Below the pieces are notes generated by a model that searched no databases, was not told the origin of the DNA, and saw only the letters and a program-made list of their open reading frames with translations. Made by a program: the position numbers and the translations under genes. Positions 45,612 through 56,636 of a stretch of DNA of 64,000 nucleotides are shown in pieces. Origin of the DNA: an uncultured Actinomycetota bacterium (GTDB lineage: Bacteria > Actinomycetota > Actinomycetes > S36-B12 > UBA10799); assembly GCA_963769435.1 (NCBI GenBank), contig CAVYLN010000001.1, forward strand, positions 887,722 through 951,721. Direction: 5' to 3'. Position 1 is the first letter of the stretch, and every line of letters begins with the position of its first letter.

Positions 45612-48049
45612 GAGACCCTCCCGACGCTCACTCGCACCGTATCGCCGCTGGCCACGCCGAGTGCGGACACCACGTTCGTTCCGGAGTTCATGGGCATCCA
45701 GACCACCCCGGAGGGCATGTCGGTGACCAGCGCCGGCAGGGTCAGCGACCCGATCTCACCGGTGACGGTGACCGGATCGCCGTCCACGATGCCGAGGTCC
45801 GCAGCATTCGACGGGCTCACACGCACGACGGCCGGGCGGGCGGTGGCCGCCAGGTACGGCTCACCGGCCTGCATCACGCCATCGTCGATCAACTGCCGCC
45901 AGGTGGCCAGTACTGCTTCGCCGACCCCGAGTTGCGCGGGGTCCGCCACGACTCGGGACAACGGCGCCGGTTCGGGCCGCCCGGCGGCTTCGAGTTCGGT
46001 CCGCAGGGTCTTGGCGTCGGCGTCGAAGTCCACCAGCATCTCGTCGGCGATCGCGGCGAGAACCGCGGCATCGGTGAGCATCAGGGACTCCCGCAAGACC
46101 TTCGGGAACGACCTACGACGCCCTTCCCAGTTCGTGAAGGACCCGGCCTTCTCGGTCACGGCCGCGACCGGGAACACGACGTCTGCGGCCCGGGTGGCTG
46201 CGTTGTGGTGCGTTGCCAGGGCCACTACACACGGCACCTGCGCGAAGCCCTCGACGAGCGCGCCGCCGCCCGGCACGTCGTCGGGGTCGAAGCCGGCCAC
46301 CACCAGCGCACGATAGGGCGGCTCCGGCTGCTCGTCGGTGTCCGCGGCGTCGACGTCCGTGGCCTCGGTCGCGTCGGTCGGCTCCGGGTCGGTGGTCTCG
46401 ACCGGGACCAGTGCCTCTTCCGGCTGCTGAGCGTCGACGAGGCGGTCGATGACCCCCGCGAACCCGGCGCCCGGGTCCTGGTCCCACAGGCCGGCCGCGG
46501 CCCCGGGAAGCAGTCCGGCGTCGAGCGCACCCCGCTCGCCCGCGCGACGCGGCACCCAGGCGAGGCGGGCGCCGGTCTGACTCGGCCGTGGCGGCCAGCC
46601 CGCTGAGCAGCCCGGGGGTGGTCGCTGCCCGTTCGCCGACCATCAACACCGCACCCGGCTCCCGCAGGGCACCCATCACGGCCTCGGATCCTTCGATCGC
46701 GGCGATCTCCTGTCCGGGCCCGGCGGCCAGCACGGTCGCGCCGAGTTTGGACAGTCCGGGACTCGCCCATGGCGCCACCGCGACGACCCGGGTCGATCCC
46801 TTGGTCGTCGCCTTTCGTAGGCGCAGGAAGACGATCGGTGACTCCTCCTCGGGCTCGAAGGCGACGAGCACCACAACCGGAGCCTCGTCGAGATCGGCGT
46901 AGGTCGGTCCTTGCGTTCCGGCGACCGTCGCGGTGAGGAAGTGTGCCTCCTCGTCGCTGCTGGGGCGAGACCGGAAGTCGACGTCGTCGGTGTTCAGGAT
47001 CGACCGCGCGAATTTCGAGTACGCCCACGCGTCCTCAGCCGTCAGCCGCCCTCCGACCAGAACGGCGGCGCTGCCCACCGCGTCGCTGAGAGCATCGGCG
47101 GCCACCCCCAGGGCCTCCGGCCACGACGCCGTGACCAGACGGCCGGAGTCGTCGCGGACCAGCGGGTGGGTGATGCGGTCCTCGGTGAGGTACGGGAACG
47201 CGAACCGTCCCTTGTCGCAGTTCCACTCCTCGTTGACCTGCTGGATCCTCCCCTGCCAGCCGTCGCTGCACCTCCGACCGCGCCGCACATCGGTGCGCAT
47301 CGAGCAGCCGCTCGCGCAGTGCTCGCACGTGGTGGGCACCGACACCAGGTCGAACGGCCGCGCACGGAACCGGTAGCGCGCGTTGGTCAGCGCGCCCGAC
47401 CGGGCAGATCTGCACGGTGTTGCCCGAGAAGTAGGAGTCGAAGGGGGTGTCCTCGCTGATCCCGACCTGCTGGTGCGGCGCCGCGCTCTATCAACTCGAT
47501 GAAGGCATCACCGGCGATCTCGTCGGCGAACCGGGTACAGCGTGCACACGACACGCAGCGCTCCCGGTCGAGGAGGATCTGCGCGCTCACGTTGATGGGC
47601 TTCGGGAACGTCCGCTTGGGGCCGTCGAACCGGCTCTCGGACCGCCCGGCGGTCATGGCCTGGTTCTGCAGGGGGCACTCGCCGCCCTTGTCGCAGATCG
47701 GGCAGTCCAGCGGGTGGTTGAGCAGCAGGAACTCCATGGTCCCCTGCTGCGCCTGCTCGGCCACCCGGGATGTGCGCTGGGTGCGGACGACCATGTTGTC
47801 GCCGACCGGGATGGCACAGGCGGGCTGCGGCTTCGGCTGGCCCTCGATCTCGATCAGGCACATGCGGCAGTTCGCCACCGGATCCAGCAACGGATGGTCG
47901 CAGAACCGCGGGATCTCGATCCCGAGCTGCTCCGCGGCACGGATGATCAGCGTGCCCTTCTCCGCCGTCATGGAGATGCCGTCGATGCTGAACGCGACGT
48001 GCCCCTCGGGCACCGTGATCTCCCCGCCGTCGGGCTGTGTGACGGTCAT
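45608..48049 (-). pseudogene. nuoG: NADH-quinone oxidoreductase subunit G, frame broken by about five 1-nt indels
   Basis: The N-terminal [2Fe-2S]/[4Fe-4S] region ([52 protein letters not shown]) is intact. Shifts occur near 47478, 47395, 47270/47235 (a compensating pair around EVQRRLAGEDP) and 46575. The C-terminal 315 aa run in one frame to the stop at 45608. Confidence 0.9.
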
Positions 48050-49347
48050 GCGGTCACCTCACTGAAAACCGTGCTGGCGTCCGGATCGAACACCGCACTG
48101 CTGGCCGTTGTGGTGCCGGTCTCGAACTCGTCGGCGAAGTACTTCATGGCCGCTGGGAAGGGTGTGGCGGCCGCGTCGCCCAGCGCGCAGAACGAACGGC
48201 CCAGGATCTGCCCGCAGACGTTGTCCAGGACCTGCAGTTGCTCGCTGCGTCCGTGGCCCTGATCGAATCTGTGCAGGATGTCGTGGATGAACCAGTTGCC
48301 CTCGCGGCAGGGCGTGCACTTGCCGCAGGACTCATGTTTGTAGAAGTCCAGCCAACCGGTCACGGCCCGCACCACGGACGTCGTGTCGTCGTACAGCATG
48401 GGGGTGCCGGTGCCCAGCATCGAACCCGCCTCCACCATCGCCTCATAGGTCAGGGGTAGATCCAGATGGTCCTTGGTCAGCATCGGGACCGACGATCCGC
48501 CGGGAAGCCAGAACTTCAGCTCGTGACCTTCGCGGATGCCACCGGCGTACTCCAGGAGCTCGGCCATGGGAATCCCCAGCGGGGCCTCGTAGATCCCAGG
48601 CCGTTGGACGTGCCCGGAAACGGCGAAGACCTTGAATCCCGGGGACTTGTCCGTGCCGAAGGACCGGAACCAGTCGACTCCGTTGTTCACGATGTAGGGG
48701 ACGTTCGCGATGGTCTCGACGTTGTTGACCACCGTCGGGCAGGCGTACAGCCCCGCGACCGCCGGGAACGGGGGCTTGAGCCGAGGTTGTCCGCGCTTGC
48801 CCTCCAGCGAGTCCAGCAGTGCCGTCTCCTCGCCGCAGATGTACGCGCCGGCTCCCGAATGGACCACGATGTTGAGGTTGAACCCACTGCCGAGGATGTC
48901 GTCGCCGACGTAGCCGGCCGCCTTCGCCTCCCGCACCGCGGCATGGACCCGGCGAATGACCTGCGGAACCTCGCCACGGATGTAGACGAACGCGTGGTCG
49001 GCCCGGATCGCGTAGGACGCGATGATGATGCCCTCGATAAGGGCGTGCGGATTGGCCAGCATGATCGGAATGTCTTTGCAGGCCCCGGGTTCCGACTCGT
49101 CGGCGTTGACGACCAGGTAGTGGGGTTTGCCGTCGTTCTGCGGGACGAAACTCCACTTCAGACCGGTCGGGAAACCGGCCCCACCGCGGCCACGCAGCCC
49201 AGAGTCCTTGACGGTGCCGATCACCGCGTCCGGGTCCATACCCAGCGCCTTGGGGAGTGCGCTGTAGCCGCCGTGCCGGCGGTAGCCGTCGAGTGTGAAC
49301 GAGTCGGGATCGTCCCAATGGGCGGTGATGACTGGCGTCAGCGGCAT
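48046..49347 (-). CDS. nuoF: NADH-quinone oxidoreductase subunit F
   Basis: 433 aa: [33 protein letters not shown]. Confidence 0.95.
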   Translation of the reverse strand: MPLTPVITAHWDDPDSFTLDGYRRHGGYSALPKALGMDPDAVIGTVKDSGLRGRGGAGFPTGLKWSFVPQNDGKPHYLVVNADESEPGACKDIPIMLANPHALIEGIIIASYAIRADHAFVYIRGEVPQVIRRVHAAVREAKAAGYVGDDILGSGFNLNIVVHSGAGAYICGEETALLDSLEGKRGQPRLKPPFPAVAGLYACPTVVNNVETIANVPYIVNNGVDWFRSFGTDKSPGFKVFAVSGHVQRPGIYEAPLGIPMAELLEYAGGIREGHELKFWLPGGSSVPMLTKDHLDLPLTYEAMVEAGSMLGTGTPMLYDDTTSVVRAVTGWLDFYKHESCGKCTPCREGNWFIHDILHRFDQGHGRSEQLQVLDNVCGQILGRSFCALGDAAATPFPAAMKYFADEFETGTTTASSAVFDPDASTVFSEVTA

Positions 49348-49998
49348 CAGATGACCTCCGCTTCCGGGGCGTGCATGTCGTGCTCCTGCGCGTATCGAAG
49401 ACCCGCCAGCATCAGATCATCGGTGGCGGGCACGTCTGCCGAAACCGTCGTCGTCGATGCCCGACAAGGTGCGTTCGCACGCCTTGAAGTCGCGGATGAC
49501 CGGGCCCCGGGTCGACTTCACCTCGCGGCCGGCTCGAAGGTCCTCGACCAGTTGCCGCGCGGACTCGGGAGTCATGTTGTCCATGAACTCCCAGTTCGCC
49601 GTCATCACCGGGGCGTGGGTGCAGGCGGCCTGGCACTCGATGCGCTCCAGCGAGATCTTGCCGTCGCCGGTCACCTCGTCATGGCCGACTCCGAGGTCCT
49701 CGGACAGCGTGTCCCAGATCTTGTCTCCGCCGAGGATTCCGCAGCCGGGGTTGATACAGACCCCAAGGTGGTACTCACCCACTGGTTCGTCCTTGAACAT
49801 GGTGTAGAAGGACGCGACCCCCTTGACCTCGGCGGTGGTCAGGCCCAGCACCTCGGCGCACATCTGGATCGCGTCGCCGGTGACGTACCCCTCGACGGAC
49901 TGCGCCAGATGCAGCATCGGCAGCAGGGCGCTGCGCGGTTGCGGGTAGCGGGCGGCGAGATCCATCATCTCGGCGCGGGTCAGTTCGGTCAGAGCCAT
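49347..49998 (-). pseudogene. nuoE: NADH-quinone oxidoreductase subunit E, C-terminal tail out of frame (1-nt insertion near 49425)
   Basis: The first 190 aa or so are intact (CINPGCGILGG, ECQAACTHAP). After IDDDGFG one extra base gives an early stop at 49417. The corrected frame reads DVPATDDLMLAGLRYAQEHDMHAPEAEVI-TGA, overlapping the nuoF ATG (TGATG). Confidence 0.85.
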
Positions 49999-51335
49999 CA
50001 GCGATCCACTCCACCCATGACGGGGTCGATACTTGCCACGGCGGCCACCACGTCGGCGACCTGGCCACCTTCACTCATGGCGGGCACCGCCTGCAGATTG
50101 TTGAATGACGGGTCCCGGAAGTGGACCCGGTAGGGACGAGTGCTGCCATCGGAGACGACGTGGACCCCGAGTTCACCGCGCGGGGCCTCGATCGACACGT
50201 AGGCCTGACCCGCGGGCACCCGGAAGCCTTCGGTCACCAGCTTGAAGTGGTGGATCAGCGCTTCCATGGACTGACCCATGATGTGGCGGATGTGCTCGAG
50301 GGAGTTGCCCATCCCGTCCGAGCCGATCGCCAACTGCGCGGGCCAGGCGATCTTCTTGTCCTCCACCATCACCGGTCCCGGACGCAGCCGGTCCAGGCAC
50401 TGTTCGACGATGTTGAGGCTCTGCTGCATCTCGTCCAGGCGGATCAGGAAGCGGCCGTAGGCGTCGCAGGTGGTCCGCGTGGGGACCTCGAACTCGTAGG
50501 TCTCGTACCCGCAGTAGGGCTGCATCTTGCGCAGGTCCCACGGGTACCCGGTGGACCGCAGTACCGGCCCGGTCATGCCCAGCGCGATGCAGCCGGTCAG
50601 GTCGAGATAACCCACGCCCTCGGTGCGCGACATCCAGATCGAGTTGTTCACCAGCAGATTCGCGGTGTCGGGCAGTCGTTTGCGCAGTAGTTTCACGACG
50701 TCGGCGACCGCCTGCTCGGCACCCTCCGGCAGGTCCTGGGCCAGCCCGCCCGGGCGCACGTAGGCATGGTTCATCCGCAGCCCGGTGATCGTCTCGAGCA
50801 CGTCGAGCACGGACTCCCGCTCCCGGAAGCCGAACGTCATGGCGGTGAGTGCGCCGAGTTCCATGCCACCGGTGGCCAGACAGACCAGGTGGGACGAGAT
50901 GCGGTTGAGCTCCATCAGCATGACCCGGATGACCGTGGCGCGCTCGGGGATCTGCTCGGTGATGCCCAGCAACTTCTCCACACCAAGGCAGTAGGCCGTC
51001 TCGTTGAAGATCGGGGCGAGGTAGTCCATGCGGGTCACGTAGGTGACCCCCTGCGTCCAGGTGCGGAACTCCATGTTCTTCTCGATGCCGGTGTGCAGAT
51101 AGCCGATACCGGACCGTGCTTGCGTCACGGTCTCCCCGTCGAGTTCCAGGATCAGCCGCAGGACGCCGTGTGTGGACGGGTGTTGCGGTCCCATGTTGAC
51201 CACGACCCGCTGTGCGATCCCCTCGTCGCCCTCGACCTGGTCCCAGTCACCGCCGGACACGGTGAATACCTTGCCCTCGGTGGTCTCGTACGAGTCCGCC
51301 TCCTCGGCGGTGTCGTAGATGACGTCGTCGCTCAC
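49998..51335 (-). CDS. nuoD: NADH-quinone oxidoreductase subunit D
   Basis: 445 aa: [28 protein letters not shown]. Confidence 0.95.
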   Translation of the reverse strand: MSDDVIYDTAEEADSYETTEGKVFTVSGGDWDQVEGDEGIAQRVVVNMGPQHPSTHGVLRLILELDGETVTQARSGIGYLHTGIEKNMEFRTWTQGVTYVTRMDYLAPIFNETAYCLGVEKLLGITEQIPERATVIRVMLMELNRISSHLVCLATGGMELGALTAMTFGFRERESVLDVLETITGLRMNHAYVRPGGLAQDLPEGAEQAVADVVKLLRKRLPDTANLLVNNSIWMSRTEGVGYLDLTGCIALGMTGPVLRSTGYPWDLRKMQPYCGYETYEFEVPTRTTCDAYGRFLIRLDEMQQSLNIVEQCLDRLRPGPVMVEDKKIAWPAQLAIGSDGMGNSLEHIRHIMGQSMEALIHHFKLVTEGFRVPAGQAYVSIEAPRGELGVHVVSDGSTRPYRVHFRDPSFNNLQAVPAMSEGGQVADVVAAVASIDPVMGGVDR

Positions 51336-52024
51336 TTGTACTCCCGGCGGTCGTCCGGTGGCGGTATGGTCGCGCCCTTGTACTCCACCGGGATGCCGCC
51401 CAGCGGGTAGTCCTTGCGCTGCGGGTGCCCGACCCAGTCGTCGGGCATCTCGATGCGGGTGAGTCCCGGGTGGCCGTCGAACACGACCCCGAAGAAGTCG
51501 AAAGTCTCCCGCTCGTGCCAGTTGTTCGACGGGTACAACCCCACGATCGACGGGATGTGCCGGTCGTCGTCCGGGCAGGTCACCTCGACGCTCAGCCGCC
51601 GGTTGTGGGTCATCGACAGCATCGGATAGTGCACGTGCAGTTCACTTCCGGTGTCCTGCGGCCAGTGCACGCCGTTCGCGCCAAGACACATCTCGAAACG
51701 CAGGCGGGGGTCGTCGCGCAGTGCGCGCATCACCTCGAGCAGGTGCTCGCGCTCCACCTCCAGTGTCAACTGGTCGTGAGCGATGACGACCTTTGAGACG
51801 GCGGGACCGAAACTGTCGCCGAGCACCTGTGCAAGAGTGTCGACGGCCTCGTCGTACCAGCCGCCGTACGGCCGGGTGGCGGCCGGCGTGGCGTGAACCG
51901 TGCGGACCAGCCCGCCGTATCCGCTCACGTCCGGCGTTCCCTCGATCCCGAAGGCGCCTTGACCCGTCGACAGCACCTCGAGGGTCTCGGTTCCGGCAGG
52001 AACCACCTCGGAGTTCTCAGTCAC
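51332..52024 (-). CDS. nuoC: NADH-quinone oxidoreductase subunit C
   Basis: 230 aa from GTG 52024, overlapping the nuoB stop. [25 protein letters not shown] signature. Confidence 0.9.
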   Translation of the reverse strand: MTENSEVVPAGTETLEVLSTGQGAFGIEGTPDVSGYGGLVRTVHATPAATRPYGGWYDEAVDTLAQVLGDSFGPAVSKVVIAHDQLTLEVEREHLLEVMRALRDDPRLRFEMCLGANGVHWPQDTGSELHVHYPMLSMTHNRRLSVEVTCPDDDRHIPSIVGLYPSNNWHERETFDFFGVVFDGHPGLTRIEMPDDWVGHPQRKDYPLGGIPVEYKGATIPPPDDRREYK

Positions 52025-52575
52025 CGCAGCAAGCCCTTCATCTCTTCGGTGGGCATCGCACTCATCGCCTGCGTCTCGAGTTCGACCACCTCGCGTTCGC
52101 GGTTGGCCCCGAGCTTCGTGTGCTGGATCTGATCGTGGATCTTCAGGATCGCGTCGATCAGCATCTCGGGCCGCGGCGGGCATCCCGGCAGGTACATGTC
52201 CACCGGCACGACGTGGTCGACGCCCTGCACGATCGCGTAGTTGTTGAACATGCCGCCGCTCGACGAGCAGACACCCATCGCGAGCACCCACTTCGGGTTG
52301 GGCATCTGGTCGTAGATCTGGCGCAGGACCGGGGCCATCTTCTGACTGACCCGGCCGGCCACGATCATCAGGTCGGCCTGTCTGGGCGAGGCGCGGAAGA
52401 CCTCCATGCCGAAGCGGGCGAGGTCGTAGCGGGGGGCGCCGGTGGCCATCATCTCGATCGCACAACAGGCCAGCCCGAACGTGGCCGGCCACAACGAACC
52501 CTTCCGGGCGTACCCGGCGACCGCCTCGACGGTGGTCAGCAGGACACCACTGGGAAGTTTCTCCTCAAGACCCAT
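52021..52575 (-). CDS. nuoB: NADH-quinone oxidoreductase subunit B
   Basis: 184 aa: [36 protein letters not shown]. The ATG overlaps the nuoA stop. Confidence 0.95.
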   Translation of the reverse strand: MGLEEKLPSGVLLTTVEAVAGYARKGSLWPATFGLACCAIEMMATGAPRYDLARFGMEVFRASPRQADLMIVAGRVSQKMAPVLRQIYDQMPNPKWVLAMGVCSSSGGMFNNYAIVQGVDHVVPVDMYLPGCPPRPEMLIDAILKIHDQIQHTKLGANREREVVELETQAMSAMPTEEMKGLLR

Positions 52576-52937
52576 CAGTCCCACTCCAAACCACGGCGGC
52601 GCCAAACGTATGCGTACACGACCACGAGGGTCAGGATGAACAAGAGCATCTCGATCAGCCCGAACGCCGCGAGCTGGTCGAACGCGACCGCCCAGGGGTA
52701 GAGGAACACGATCTCGATGTCGAAGATGATGAACAGCATCGCCGTCAAGTAGTACTTGACCGGGAACTTGCCCCGTCCGGCGAGCTGCGGGGTCGGCTCG
52801 ATGCCGCACTCGTAGGGCTCCATCTTGGCGCGGTTGTAGCGCTTCGGACCGGTCAGGCTGGCCACTCCGACGCTGAACGCGGCGAAGGCGAATGCCAGCA
52901 ATCCCAGGATCAGGATGGGAAGGTACACGTTGCCCAT
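52575..52937 (-). CDS. nuoA: NADH-quinone oxidoreductase subunit A
   Basis: 120 aa: [31 protein letters not shown]. Confidence 0.95.
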   Translation of the reverse strand: MGNVYLPILILGLLAFAFAAFSVGVASLTGPKRYNRAKMEPYECGIEPTPQLAGRGKFPVKYYLTAMLFIIFDIEIVFLYPWAVAFDQLAAFGLIEMLLFILTLVVVYAYVWRRRGLEWD

Positions 52938-53152
52938 CGCTATCGACTCCTTCCGGTCGCGTCAATCCTAGGGGGATGCCCCCCGACACCGCCCGCCGAC
53001 TCCGGCGTGGACCGGTGCATCCGCGGCGCGACCCGCTGTCCGGACGCACAGCCGCGGCGACGGCCCGGCGCCGCGCGGCCCGCGCGATTGGCCAGTCGCA
53101 GCACCCGCCCCCGACACTCGGCGGTGCCGGTGCGGTGATCCATCGGTTCTCC

Positions 53153-53170
53153 TTGTGAACGCATTCACTA
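53153..53170. promoter_or_regulatory. candidate Rex (redox-sensing repressor) operator upstream of nuoA
   Basis: TTGTGAACGCATTCACTA matches the actinobacterial Rex operator pattern TTGTGAA-N4-TTCACAA in 16 of 18 positions. It lies 216-233 nt upstream of the nuoA ATG, inside a 297-nt intergenic leader. Confidence 0.55.
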
Positions 53171-53234
53171 GCGCCCCCGCGACGAGTTTAGGACGCCCGG
53201 GGCGGGGCCTCACATCCGGTGCCGGGACCCCGGA

Positions 53235-53906
53235 TCAACTGGCAGGGGAAGCGTCCGTGGCGGGCTGCACGGTGAACGAGTTGACCATCTGGTCGAACGT
53301 GGGGGTGAGCTCCTGCCAGCGGTCGGTCGCCGACTGGGTCAGCAATTGGTACTCGATGTTCCCCTCGAAGAGGAAGTACAGGCTCGAGGTCATCGGCGTG
53401 TCCTCGACGGCGAAGGTTGCATCGGCCTGGAACCCGCTGAGCCCGCTGACCGTGGTCGGCGTCAGTTCGGTGATCTGCATGTCCTCTGACGACGCCTCGA
53501 GTTGCGGGATGACGCTGGTCTCGAGTTCGGCCTTGACCTGATCGAGGTTCGCCTCGGTGATCTCGGTGTTCAGCTCGTAGACATTCACCACGAAGGCGTC
53601 CCGGTACTGGCCTCCGACCTCGGTCCCGTCGGTGTCGAAGACCGCGACCGAATCGGCGCTGCTCGCCCCGCTCTGGGCCTCCCAGGAGGTGTCGGACTGC
53701 TGCTCGAACGGCGGCGCGTACTGGAAGCTGAAACCGTACTTGTCACTGGTGTAGGTCTGCACGTCGGATGGCACCGACTGCTCGACGCTCGGGCTGGCCG
53801 GAGCCTCGGAACTGCCCCCGACACTTACTTCGGCGGAGCACCCTGCCAGCCCGAAAGCCAACGCCACGCCCGCCACCACAATTGAGATTCGCATGGTCTT
53901 CCTCAC
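53235..53906 (-). CDS. lipoprotein of unknown function
   Basis: 223 aa. Signal peptide plus lipobox (VALAFGLAGCS), acidic S/T/E-rich mature protein. Confidence 0.75.
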   Translation of the reverse strand: MRKTMRISIVVAGVALAFGLAGCSAEVSVGGSSEAPASPSVEQSVPSDVQTYTSDKYGFSFQYAPPFEQQSDTSWEAQSGASSADSVAVFDTDGTEVGGQYRDAFVVNVYELNTEITEANLDQVKAELETSVIPQLEASSEDMQITELTPTTVSGLSGFQADATFAVEDTPMTSSLYFLFEGNIEYQLLTQSATDRWQELTPTFDQMVNSFTVQPATDASPAS

Positions 53907-53926
53907 GTTCGCCTAGCCCGACGCGA

Positions 53927-54616
53927 TCAGGCTACTCCTCTGTGCAGCGCAACGATGCCTCCAGAGACGTTGCGCCACGCGACGTCGTGCCAGCCGGTTT
54001 CCATGAGCAGATCGGCGAGTCCGGACTGATCCGGCCACGCGGAGATCGACTCGGCCAGATACTCGTAGGCCTCGGAGTTGCTGGAGACGCGCTTGGCGAT
54101 CTTGGGCAGCGCCTTCATCAGGTATTCCTGGTACACCGTGCGGAAGGCCGGCCAGGTGGGAGTGGAGAACTCGCAGACCACCAGGCGCCCGCCTGGCCTG
54201 GTCACCCGCTTCATCTCCCGCAGGCCCTCCCGCGGGTCATGGATGTTGCGCAGACCGAAGGAGATGCTGACGGCGTCGAACGAGTCGTCGGCGAACGGCA
54301 GCGCCATCGCATCACCGGCCACGAACGGCAGTTGCGGGATCCGGGAGCGGCCCACGCGCAGCATTCCCAGGGAGAAGTCGCAGGGCACCACCTCGGCGCC
54401 GCGTCGCGCGAACGACTCACTGCTGGTACCCGTTCCGGCGGCCAGATCCAACACTCGGTCGCCGGGGCCGGCGTCGACCGCGTCAGCCACCAGACGGCGC
54501 CACCTGCGTGTCTGACCCACTGCGAGCACGTCGTTGGTCAGGTCGTACCGCCCGGCCACCCGATCGAACATCGCCGCCACGGCGAACGGCTGCTTGTCGA
54601 GGTCCGCTCTGCTCAC
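53927..54616 (-). CDS. menG: demethylmenaquinone methyltransferase (MenG/UbiE family)
   Basis: 229 aa: [27 protein letters not shown] motif [17 protein letters not shown]. Confidence 0.9.
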   Translation of the reverse strand: MSRADLDKQPFAVAAMFDRVAGRYDLTNDVLAVGQTRRWRRLVADAVDAGPGDRVLDLAAGTGTSSESFARRGAEVVPCDFSLGMLRVGRSRIPQLPFVAGDAMALPFADDSFDAVSISFGLRNIHDPREGLREMKRVTRPGGRLVVCEFSTPTWPAFRTVYQEYLMKALPKIAKRVSSNSEAYEYLAESISAWPDQSGLADLLMETGWHDVAWRNVSGGIVALHRGVA

Positions 54617-54721
54617 GGGCTCAGTGTCTCACCGGGCCCAGGCTGCGGGCGCCGGGTGTGCCCGGCCCGCGCGGACCACCTCGCTCTCGCGGAGGTCGGA
54701 CTCCGGCAATAACCTGGAAGG

Positions 54722-55921
54722 GTGACCATGCCCGTTGAGGTGCGCACCCGCCTCGTGGATCCGGCGGATCTGTTGTCGCTCATCCCGGACCATGCGCAGC
54801 CGTTCACGTGGGTGCACGAGGGTGATGGCCTGGTCGCGTGGGACGTGGCGGCGTCCACCGTCGTTCGGGGCCCGGAACGTTTCGCTCGAGCCCAGCGCTG
54901 GTGGACGCGGTTCTGCGAGTCCGCCACCATCGACGACGCGGTACTGGCGCCCGGCACAGGGCCGGTGGCCTTCGCCTCCTTCTCCTTCGACGCCGAGGAC
55001 GAATCGCTGCTCACCGTCCCCGGAACGATCGTCGGCCAGCGGGACGGCAAGGCCTGGATCACCACGATCAGCCCCAGCACCCCCTCGCCGCTGCCTCCGA
55101 CGCCGGGAACCCCGTTGGCCGAGCACGGGGAGTCCGGCACCGACTACCGACTCCTGGTGGGCGAAGCGGTTGAAGCGATCGCCTCGGGCGTTTTCGACAA
55201 GGTCGTCCTGGCACGGGCAGTACGCCTGGACGGGGACATCGACGTGCACCGGACGCTCCGCCGACTCTCCCAGCGCTACGCGGACTGCTGGACGTTCAGT
55301 GCGCACGGTTTGCTGGGCGCCACCCCCGAACTTCTGGTTCGGCGCACAGGTGAGCAGGTGACCTCGCGGGTGCTCGCGGGAACCGTCGCCACGAGCGCCG
55401 ACGAGCAGGAGAGCGGTGAGCTGGCCGACGGCATGATCGCGTCCCACAAGGCCCGTGAGGAACATGCGTATGCGGTCATGTCCGTGGCCCAGGCACTGGG
55501 CACGCACTGCACCGACCTCGATGTCCCGGAGCGTCCGAGTGTCCTGCAACTGGCCAACGTGCAGCACCTGGCCACCGATATCCACGCGATGCTGGTCGAC
55601 GAGACCTCGGTCGTCGCCATCGCCGCAGCGCTGCACCCGACGGCGGCCGTGTGCGGGACACCGACCGAGCGCGCGATGCAATTCATACTCAACCGCGAGG
55701 GCCTGGAGCGCGGGCGCTACGCGGGCCCCGTTGGCTGGTTCGACGCCAACGGTGACGGCGAGTTCGGGATCGCCCTGCGGTGCGGTCAACTCTCGCAGGA
55801 CAACTCGTCCATTGATCTCTTCGCCGGCTGCGGCATCGTCGCCGGATCCGACCCGGACTCGGAGTACGCGGAATCGGAGACCAAACTCGAAGCGATGCGC
55901 TGGGCGCTCGACGGGCACTGA
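54722..55921 (+). CDS. menF: isochorismate synthase
   Basis: 399 aa (GTG 54722 or ATG 54728). Chorismate-binding C-terminal motifs SVVAIAAALHPTAAVCGTP, RGRYAGPVGW, IALRCG, AGCGIVAGSDP. Confidence 0.85.
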   Translation: MTMPVEVRTRLVDPADLLSLIPDHAQPFTWVHEGDGLVAWDVAASTVVRGPERFARAQRWWTRFCESATIDDAVLAPGTGPVAFASFSFDAEDESLLTVPGTIVGQRDGKAWITTISPSTPSPLPPTPGTPLAEHGESGTDYRLLVGEAVEAIASGVFDKVVLARAVRLDGDIDVHRTLRRLSQRYADCWTFSAHGLLGATPELLVRRTGEQVTSRVLAGTVATSADEQESGELADGMIASHKAREEHAYAVMSVAQALGTHCTDLDVPERPSVLQLANVQHLATDIHAMLVDETSVVAIAAALHPTAAVCGTPTERAMQFILNREGLERGRYAGPVGWFDANGDGEFGIALRCGQLSQDNSSIDLFAGCGIVAGSDPDSEYAESETKLEAMRWALDGH

Positions 55922-55951
55922 CTCCCCCGCGCAGTGGTGAAGGTCCCCGAG

Positions 55952-56636
55952 TCAATTCGGGAGGCCCGGGGGTACCTCGAAGGTCAGCCACGTGCCCCGC
56001 AGCGTGGCGACCCGGTGGCCGGCCGCGGTGAACATGGCCGAGGCGCTGATCCGGCGCCGTCCACTCCGCTCCAGTTGCGCGGCCACGACGACGTAGGGCC
56101 CGGCGGGGTCCAGCGGCTCGTGCTCCAACATCCCCCCGGTCAACCGCCCGGTCACCAGCGGTGTCTCGTGCATCGGCCAGGCCCACCCACTGGCACAGTC
56201 GAGCGCCGCCCAGATCCACTCCGGGGCCACACGGCCACGGGGTTCGTAGACGCAGGCGACCAGCCCGTCCGACACGGGTCCGGGCCCGATCCGCAGCCCG
56301 TCGGGGCGGGCATGACCACATCCGAAGCACGCCGTCGTAGAGCCCCGCACCCGCCCCCGGATATCCGCGACCCGCGGCCCTGGCCCGTTCGAGATCCACG
56401 AAGGGGATCGGATCGGCCACGACGTCGACGGCATCAGCTTCTGCGATCAGGGTGGATCCGTCCCACAACTCGAGGTGCTGATCGTCGCCGACCTCTCGCA
56501 GCTCGGTCTCCAAGGGTGCCGGCGAACGCAGCCAGACATCGGCGCCCGGACCACGTAGACGCACAGCCAGCGAACCGGCGACATAACCGCCCTGACCCGC
56601 GCCCGGCGGACCGGTGAGATGAGCCGCGATCCTCAT
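55952..56636 (-). pseudogene. hotdog-fold (PaaI-like thioesterase) protein translationally coupled to menD, frame broken by a 1-nt insertion near 56326
   Basis: The ATG overlaps the menD stop (ATGA at 56633-56636). The N-terminal half MRIAAHLTGPPGAGQGGYVAG.. and the C-terminal half CFGCGHARPDGLRI..WIWAALDCASGWA.. are in adjacent frames (GGC-G-TGC). Confidence 0.6.

Noticed and set aside
52940-53143. 67-codon ORF with an AAGGAG RBS in the nuoA leader.
   Set aside because: The translation is Arg/Gly/Pro/Ala-rich with high second-position GC, typical of non-coding high-GC sequence. It is kept only as a remark under the Rex/leader finding.
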